From: Herpetosiphon giganteus
Lineage (GTDB): Bacteria; Chloroflexota; Chloroflexia; Chloroflexales; Herpetosiphonaceae
DNA: 64,000 bases
Assembly (NCBI RefSeq): GCF_016907925.1
Contig: NZ_JAFBCZ010000018.1
Span: 1-64,000, forward strand
Direction: 5' to 3'
The notes beneath the pieces were generated by a model. The model worked only from the letters and a program-made list of their open reading frames with translations. It ran no database searches and was not told where the DNA came from. This document shows, in pieces, positions 58,563-64,000 of this stretch (the stretch's first letter is position 1; every line of letters starts with the position of its first letter). The translations under genes were made by a program, and so were the position numbers.

Positions 58563-59138
58563 ATGAAGAGTGTTGATCCAACTCAAGCAGCGTTAGCGCC
58601 GGAAGCTGCCGAAGCTCTGTTGCATAGCTTGAAAGCTCGCTTTGAGCAATGTATGCAGCGCCATCCATCGCTGGAATGGGCCAAAATTGAAGCAAAACTA
58701 ACGGCCCAACCGGCCAAACTGTGGTCGCTCAACGAAATGGAGCGCACTGGTGGCGAGCCGGATGTAGTTGGCTACGATCCAGCAAGCGATCAATATCTGT
58801 TTTATGATTGTTCGATTGAAACTCCCAAAGGCCGCCGCAGCATCTGTTACGATCGCGCTGCGCTGAATGCGCGCAAAGAACATAAACCAGCAACCAGTGC
58901 CCAAGATATGGCAGCAGAAATGGGGATTGAATTGCTGAGCGAAGCAGATTATTGGGCTTTGCAACAGCTTGGAGCATTCGATACCAAAACATCAAGCTGG
59001 ATTCAAACTCCGCCCGCGATTCGCGATCATGGCGGCGCGCTCTTCGGCGATTATCGCTATAACCATGTTTTTATCTATCATAGTGGTGCCGATTCGTATT
59101 ATGCTGTACGCGGCTTTCGGGGCTTGATCCGCGTCTAA
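58563..59138 (+). CDS. hypothetical protein (possibly DUF4256 family)
   Basis: 191-aa ORF; family assignment from memory only. Confidence 0.5.
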   Translation: MKSVDPTQAALAPEAAEALLHSLKARFEQCMQRHPSLEWAKIEAKLTAQPAKLWSLNEMERTGGEPDVVGYDPASDQYLFYDCSIETPKGRRSICYDRAALNARKEHKPATSAQDMAAEMGIELLSEADYWALQQLGAFDTKTSSWIQTPPAIRDHGGALFGDYRYNHVFIYHSGADSYYAVRGFRGLIRV

Positions 59139-59196
59139 AGTGGATTTAGCGCTCGCGTCGCGGCACTCTATGCTACGCCAATAGAAAGGTCGATCA

Positions 59197-60312
59197 ATGG
59201 TTGGACGTGAACTTTATCGGTTGTTGCAATGCCCTACCTGTAACTCACGGGATTTGGCGGTGTATGCTGAGCATGTGCTCTGCGCTGGCTGCCGCAACGA
59301 ATATCCCATTCACAAGGGCTACATTGATTTAATGCCGCGCCAAACTGAATTTGATTATATTTCGAAATATGTTTCCGAAGAAGAAAGTATGGGCGAGGAG
59401 CTTGATTATCGTGAGATGGCTCCCCCGTTGCTGGCAGCAGGCGTGCGCCATCGCCAAATTCGGCGCATGTTGGCGCTCAAGCCGACCGATATTGTGTTTG
59501 ATAATGCCTGTGGCAATGGACGCTTTGGCTTGTGGAACGCCGATGCAGTTGGCTTGATTGTTGGCAGCGACCCAGCGGTGCTCTTCGCCGACCAAGCCCT
59601 TGCCGAGATGGAATTGGCTCAAGCTGATTCGCGGCGCTTGCCATTTGTCGATGGTGCATTCGATAAATCGCTCTCGGTCGATGTGCTCGAACACTTCCCA
59701 CGCGATGTAATTCACGATTATTTGGTCGAAACTGCGCGCGTGTTGCGGGTTGGCGGGCGGGTGGCAATCTTCTCGAATACCCGCGAAATGTCGCCAATTC
59801 AGCCAATTATCAATATTTCCAAGCGCTTGGGCAAATTCTTCGTCAAGCAAGGCGTTTACGATTTCGAGCGCGAAGCACGGCGTAAATCCGACCACATCAA
59901 AGACCTCAAAACTTGGGATGATGTGGAAGCGGCCTTGGTTGAAGCAGGCTTGAAGCCGGTTAAAGTTGTATTTTGGAATAGCGTTTTCACCTCGTTCGTT
60001 GAGCATGTGCTAATGAAACTGGGCGAATCGTTGATTGCCAAACGCAAAACTGCCAAAGCTGCCAGCGCTCCCGTGCTGACCGACGAGGCCGTTAATGCCT
60101 CGGCAGGCGCACAACGCGAAATCGTGGCCCGGCGCGCAATGCGTCGCCACCTGACCAAAAACTCGCCAATTTACTGGGCGCTGTATCTGGTCACGCTGCT
60201 GATGGAGCTTGATTTGTGGTTGTTTGGCTGGATGCGCACCGGCCCGTATTTCGTATTGGCCGAAAAGGTCGAAGGCCGCTATGTGCCAGCGCCCTTGCCC
60301 GCCGAAGAATAA
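59197..60312 (+). CDS. class I SAM-dependent methyltransferase with N-terminal zinc ribbon
   Basis: CPTCNSRDL..CAGCRNEY ribbon; motif I DNACGNGRFG; C-terminal membrane-associated helix. Confidence 0.8.
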   Translation: MVGRELYRLLQCPTCNSRDLAVYAEHVLCAGCRNEYPIHKGYIDLMPRQTEFDYISKYVSEEESMGEELDYREMAPPLLAAGVRHRQIRRMLALKPTDIVFDNACGNGRFGLWNADAVGLIVGSDPAVLFADQALAEMELAQADSRRLPFVDGAFDKSLSVDVLEHFPRDVIHDYLVETARVLRVGGRVAIFSNTREMSPIQPIINISKRLGKFFVKQGVYDFEREARRKSDHIKDLKTWDDVEAALVEAGLKPVKVVFWNSVFTSFVEHVLMKLGESLIAKRKTAKAASAPVLTDEAVNASAGAQREIVARRAMRRHLTKNSPIYWALYLVTLLMELDLWLFGWMRTGPYFVLAEKVEGRYVPAPLPAEE

Positions 60313-60318
60313 AAAATC

Positions 60319-60353
60319 AGCCCTGTTGCTCAGTCGAGCAGCAGGGCTTTTTT
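60319..60353 (+). terminator. rho-independent terminator (AGCCCTGTTGCTC agtc GAGCAGCAGGGCT followed by T6)
   Basis: read 7 bp after the methyltransferase stop. Confidence 0.85.
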
Positions 60354-60500
60354 GATTAATGACAGTCCCTCACCCCAACCCCTCTCCCGTGGCGCGGGCG
60401 AGGGGCTTTAAGTCCTTGGTTCTTGCCCAATTCGTCCATGAACACTGGCGGCTCCCCCTCGCCCGCGTCTAGTGGGAGAGGGGGTTGGGGGGTGAGGGAA
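60354..60500. repeat. repeat island F: imperfect 40-44 bp inverted duplication of motif P flanking a roughly 50 bp spacer
   Basis: 60367-60405 CCCTCACCCCAACCCCTCTCCCGTGGCGCGGGCGAGGGG versus 60455-60498 CCCCTCGCCCGCGTCTAGTGGGAGAGGGGGTTGGGGGGTGAGGG. Confidence 0.85.
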
Positions 60501-60507
60501 TTTCTCC

Positions 60508-61539
60508 TTAACATTCATCAGCGCAACATTCATCGTTTTCGTGGCGCACGATCATGCTAATTGGCAGGATTGTGTTTTCGCTGCTTGGGGTTTTGCCTTC
60601 GATCATTTCGATCAACACATTGGCGGCGGTCGTGCCTAAATCGTACATTGGCTGGTGCAACGAGGTCATGCTGGGGTTGAGGCTGGCAGCAGTTGGCACA
60701 TCATCAAAACACACCACGGTTATATCATCGGGAATGCGCAGCCCAGCTTCGTGCAAGGTGCGCAGCACGCCAGTTGCCATCACCGCGCTGCTCACAAATA
60801 GCGCAGTTGGCCGTGGTTGCAAAGCCAACAGTTGCTGAATTGCGCTTTGGCCGCCTTGTTCGCTCTCTGCTCCCGTCACAATCAAGGCTGGATGAATTGG
60901 CAAACCAGCTTCTTGATAGGCTTGTTGATAGCCCTCAATTTGATCATGGCTGGCTGGAGTGTGTAATGAGCCAATAATCATGCCAACTGATTCATGACCA
61001 AGCGCCAGCAGATGTCGAACCGCTTGATAGCTACCAGCAAAATGGTCAATATCGACCGTCACAATATGGTGTAAAAGCGGGTGTTTGCCGACCAACACCA
61101 TCGGCACGCGATCAGCAATCAGTTGCGGTAGCAAGGGATCATTGATCGTATTCGGAATCACGATGCGGCCATCGACGCTGCGACCATGCAACAATTTGGT
61201 CGCCGGATCATCAGCCCGATTGGCGCTATCGAGCGAAACCATCAAAACGTAGCCCTTAGCGTTACAGGCTTCAGTCATGCCTTGCAGCAAATTCGAGAAG
61301 GTCGGATTGCGAAAGATCGTCGCGGTGGTTTCGGAGATAAACACCGCAATAACTTTGGGTCGTTGCCCTGCCAAGGTGCGGGCCGCTGCCTGCGGCGTAT
61401 AATGATGCTCTTCCATCACTGCCAACACCCGTTCGCGCACTTCCGCTCGCACATGTGGCTGGTTGTTCAGCACCCGCGAAACAGTCGCAATCGAAACTTG
61501 GGCAATTTCGGCAATTTGTTCAATCGTAATCGATGGCAT
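60508..61539 (-). CDS. LacI family transcriptional regulator
   Basis: MPSITIEQIAEIAQVSIATVSRVLNN HTH plus a periplasmic-binding-protein-like core. Confidence 0.9.
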   Translation of the reverse strand: MPSITIEQIAEIAQVSIATVSRVLNNQPHVRAEVRERVLAVMEEHHYTPQAAARTLAGQRPKVIAVFISETTATIFRNPTFSNLLQGMTEACNAKGYVLMVSLDSANRADDPATKLLHGRSVDGRIVIPNTINDPLLPQLIADRVPMVLVGKHPLLHHIVTVDIDHFAGSYQAVRHLLALGHESVGMIIGSLHTPASHDQIEGYQQAYQEAGLPIHPALIVTGAESEQGGQSAIQQLLALQPRPTALFVSSAVMATGVLRTLHEAGLRIPDDITVVCFDDVPTAASLNPSMTSLHQPMYDLGTTAANVLIEMIEGKTPSSENTILPISMIVRHENDECCADEC

Positions 61540-62134
61540 AATCCGACCTTCTAAACAACTTGTATCGCAAGGCTGACAAGCGCGCCAAACTTACTGGCGC
61601 AATCCTTGCTGCGCTGCCCAACGAACAAACAGCGCTAGGCTTGCTAAAATGGCGAACCACGGCTAAGCAATGGGAGCGGTTCCGCGATTTGCGCCGCTTG
61701 CACCTACATAGGGTTTGGCAGCATTGTTTTTGCAGCAAGCGTAAAGCCTATTTTGGCATAATCAGCCATAAAATTGATCAGACTTTCGCCTGAAAAGGGC
61801 AAAATTGGGCTTCAGGCAAGTCAGCGACGCTTAAATAAAACACTCCCAGCGCAGCAGCCCTCATCGGGAGAATCAAGGCTAATCCGCTGGGAGTGCAAGG
61901 AGAGTATGCTTCGAACACGCGCGGCTCGCGAATCTCGGTTTTTGGAATGTGTTTGCCGCACATGCTCCAAAGACCATTATCAGACGAAACGCTGAAGCAA
62001 CGCTTGTGTTTCTGAAACGTTACAGAAGTATAGCACAGCAATGCTGCACATGCAATAGACTTATTACAATGATTTGAATAACGCGGCACAACTGCTGCTA
62101 TAGCCAAATCGGTTAAAAAATAGCTGGGGATTGT

Positions 62135-63139
62135 ATGAAGTATCGTGAATATCGCATTAGTGCGCCAAACGTGCGCTCGTTATGCTGGAACAATAATAGT
62201 TTGATCGATTGGGTTGCTGGCGGAACGCGCTACCAGCTTGATGGCAAGATTAAGCGTTCGGCCACGGTCTATCCGTATCCTTTTGATGCGGCGGTGCAAT
62301 CGGCCTCAGGCGAGGTAGTGGTCATCTATCAACGCTTGGGAACGAAGGGGTTGGTGCTTAAAAGTGGCAAGATTGTGCGCGAAATTAACCGCAGTTATTA
62401 CTACGCCGATAGTTATGAATACCCGATAGCCGTGTTGCAACATGCCGATTTGAATGATGTGCTGCTCCACTGTCCCGATAAGCACAATCAACTTGATCTG
62501 GAAGATGTAGCAACTGGACGGCGTTTGACTGAAGGCTGGAAGCGCAAGCCAGTTGATATTTTTCATTCGCGCTTGAGCGTCAGCCCCAAAGGCACCTGGG
62601 CGGTAAGCGCCGGTTGGCAATGGCAACCAGCCCATACCGTGGCAATCTACAAAGTCGATGAGCTATGGTCAGAGCCGCAAATTCTCGATACCGAAGGCTT
62701 TTGCCCGCCAATCAAAGTTGATATTAGCTCGGTCAGCTTTTTAGATGAACAAACCCTGCTGATCATCACCGATGAGTTTGCCAACCTCAATGCAAATTTG
62801 GTTGATACGCTGGTGCAACGACGCGGCGCACATAGCATTGGCTACTACGATTTGGAAAATCGCCAATTTCGGGCAACTGTACAGGCAGCAGAAATCGTGG
62901 GCACGGCCATGGCCCTAAGCGAGCGCTATGTGGTCGGCTTCTTTGATCATCCCAAAGTATTCGATTGCACAACCGGCAAAGTGGTGCAGCGTTGGCCCGA
63001 GTTAGCCACTGGCCGCCAAACCCACAGCATGATTGGCAGGCTTGACCAAGCGCTCCCGCCAACCGCCTTCGACCAAGCAAACAAGCGCTTTGCCGTTGCC
63101 GACGAAAAAGGCATTACCGTGATCGAATTGGATTTGTAG
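62135..63139 (+). CDS. hypothetical protein
   Basis: 334-aa ORF with no family recognized; the downstream gene starts 12 bp after its stop. Confidence 0.6.
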   Translation: MKYREYRISAPNVRSLCWNNNSLIDWVAGGTRYQLDGKIKRSATVYPYPFDAAVQSASGEVVVIYQRLGTKGLVLKSGKIVREINRSYYYADSYEYPIAVLQHADLNDVLLHCPDKHNQLDLEDVATGRRLTEGWKRKPVDIFHSRLSVSPKGTWAVSAGWQWQPAHTVAIYKVDELWSEPQILDTEGFCPPIKVDISSVSFLDEQTLLIITDEFANLNANLVDTLVQRRGAHSIGYYDLENRQFRATVQAAEIVGTAMALSERYVVGFFDHPKVFDCTTGKVVQRWPELATGRQTHSMIGRLDQALPPTAFDQANKRFAVADEKGITVIELDL

Positions 63140-63150
63140 GATATTAATTA

Positions 63151-63936
63151 ATGCATGATTTGCTTGAATATCAAACCCAGCGCGATGGTTTAATTGCCCA
63201 GTTACGCACAACGCTCGCAGCCGATCAGCGCTTTGTGGCTGGTTGGCTGGTTGGCAGTTTTGGCCGCAATGCTGCTGATGCAGTCAGCGATCTTGATCTG
63301 ATGGTGATAGTGGCCGAGGCGGCAAGCGCCCAATTATGCGCCAAACCAGCGATTAATCGCGCCACCACAACTCCTGAACGAGCTGCCTTGTTTACAACAT
63401 TTGGCCCAATTGCCGCCTTGTACGAGGCCCATCACAATGCACCAGCAGGCGGAACCCAAAGCTTTGTCTGCTATCAAGGCACTGGCTTGATTGTGGATTG
63501 GACGTTAGTTCCAGCTGACAAGGCGCTGCGCCCAGTCGATGCGCTGATCTTGTTTGAGCATGAGCCAATTGCCGTGGCTGCTGCCCCTCAGGCTGAGCCA
63601 AATCCAGCTGAATTAATCAAAGAACGGGTAGCGTTTTTTTGGATGATGAGCGCAGTCACGATTAAATATCTGATTCGCAAGGATCATGGGTTTGTAACGA
63701 CATGGCTGGAGGAATTGCAACGGATTGTGCTTGAAGTCGAACGCTTAATCGAACAGCGACCATGGAGCTACCAGCATGGCTCGCGCAGCCAGTTTGCGGC
63801 CACAACCCTCGCCCAAAAACAGGCAATTCAAGGCCTGATTGCAGCAATGCAGCACTTAACCTCGCCGCTTGCTGAGCTTAGGCACGCGCCTTTACCAGAG
63901 CTTGAGCGTTTGTTGGCATTGGTTGAGGATAATTAA
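63151..63936 (+). CDS. nucleotidyltransferase-domain protein (ANT/LinB-like minimal NTase)
   Basis: GSFGRNAADAVSDLDLMVIV is the GS...DxD pol-beta NTase signature; length and layout resemble ANT(3'')/lincosamide NTases. Confidence 0.7.
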   Translation: MHDLLEYQTQRDGLIAQLRTTLAADQRFVAGWLVGSFGRNAADAVSDLDLMVIVAEAASAQLCAKPAINRATTTPERAALFTTFGPIAALYEAHHNAPAGGTQSFVCYQGTGLIVDWTLVPADKALRPVDALILFEHEPIAVAAAPQAEPNPAELIKERVAFFWMMSAVTIKYLIRKDHGFVTTWLEELQRIVLEVERLIEQRPWSYQHGSRSQFAATTLAQKQAIQGLIAAMQHLTSPLAELRHAPLPELERLLALVEDN

Positions 63937-64000
63937 TTCAAAAAGCTCAGCCATTCGCGCTGTGCTCCATCCACAAAACAATCACAGTCCACTAGATACA

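Noticed and set aside
61778-62107. 109-aa minus-strand ORF in the long intergenic region
   Set aside because: It has no RBS, a Cys/Ala-rich low-complexity translation, and it overlaps the better-supported plus-strand mini-ORF and hairpin.

Overview
This is a 64 kb, roughly 50% GC bacterial chromosomal segment. Gene content suggests a filamentous gliding Chloroflexi-type organism, but that is an inference I cannot verify. About 65 protein genes are packed into operons. Most are housekeeping: aat/clpS, panD, moeA, moaA, upp, rpoD, rpmB, lipB, murJ, cls, uvdE, an asp23/FakA/2xDegV locus, and an oligopeptide-type ABC importer without ATPase genes. Regulators include TetR, LysR, LacI, an ECF sigma/anti-sigma pair and a CsoR-like repressor. 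I found no rRNA, convincing tRNA or CRISPR. Four things stand out. (1) A half-length bacterial homolog of the eukaryotic major vault protein, with MVP repeats, an SPFH-like shoulder and a coiled-coil cap helix. (2) A translationally coupled DUF4388 / MglA-like GTPase / Roadblock(MglB-like) / globin-sensor operon. (3) A tight 7-gene lipid or glycolipid-type biosynthetic operon of unknown product: NAD-epimerase, MBL hydrolase, F390-synthetase-like adenylating enzyme, GT1 glycosyltransferase, FabH-like KAS III and SDR. (4) Six intergenic islands built from a shared vocabulary of short motifs (CACGAAG, CATCCTTCAT, CGCAGAGGCGCAGAG, CCACAGATTG, GGGGATCGGGG, CCCCTCTCCC..GGGCGAGGGG), including a triple tandem of about 104 bp and a 130 bp inverted-duplication hairpin element. 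Several start codons were re-assigned from the ORF track using RBS position.
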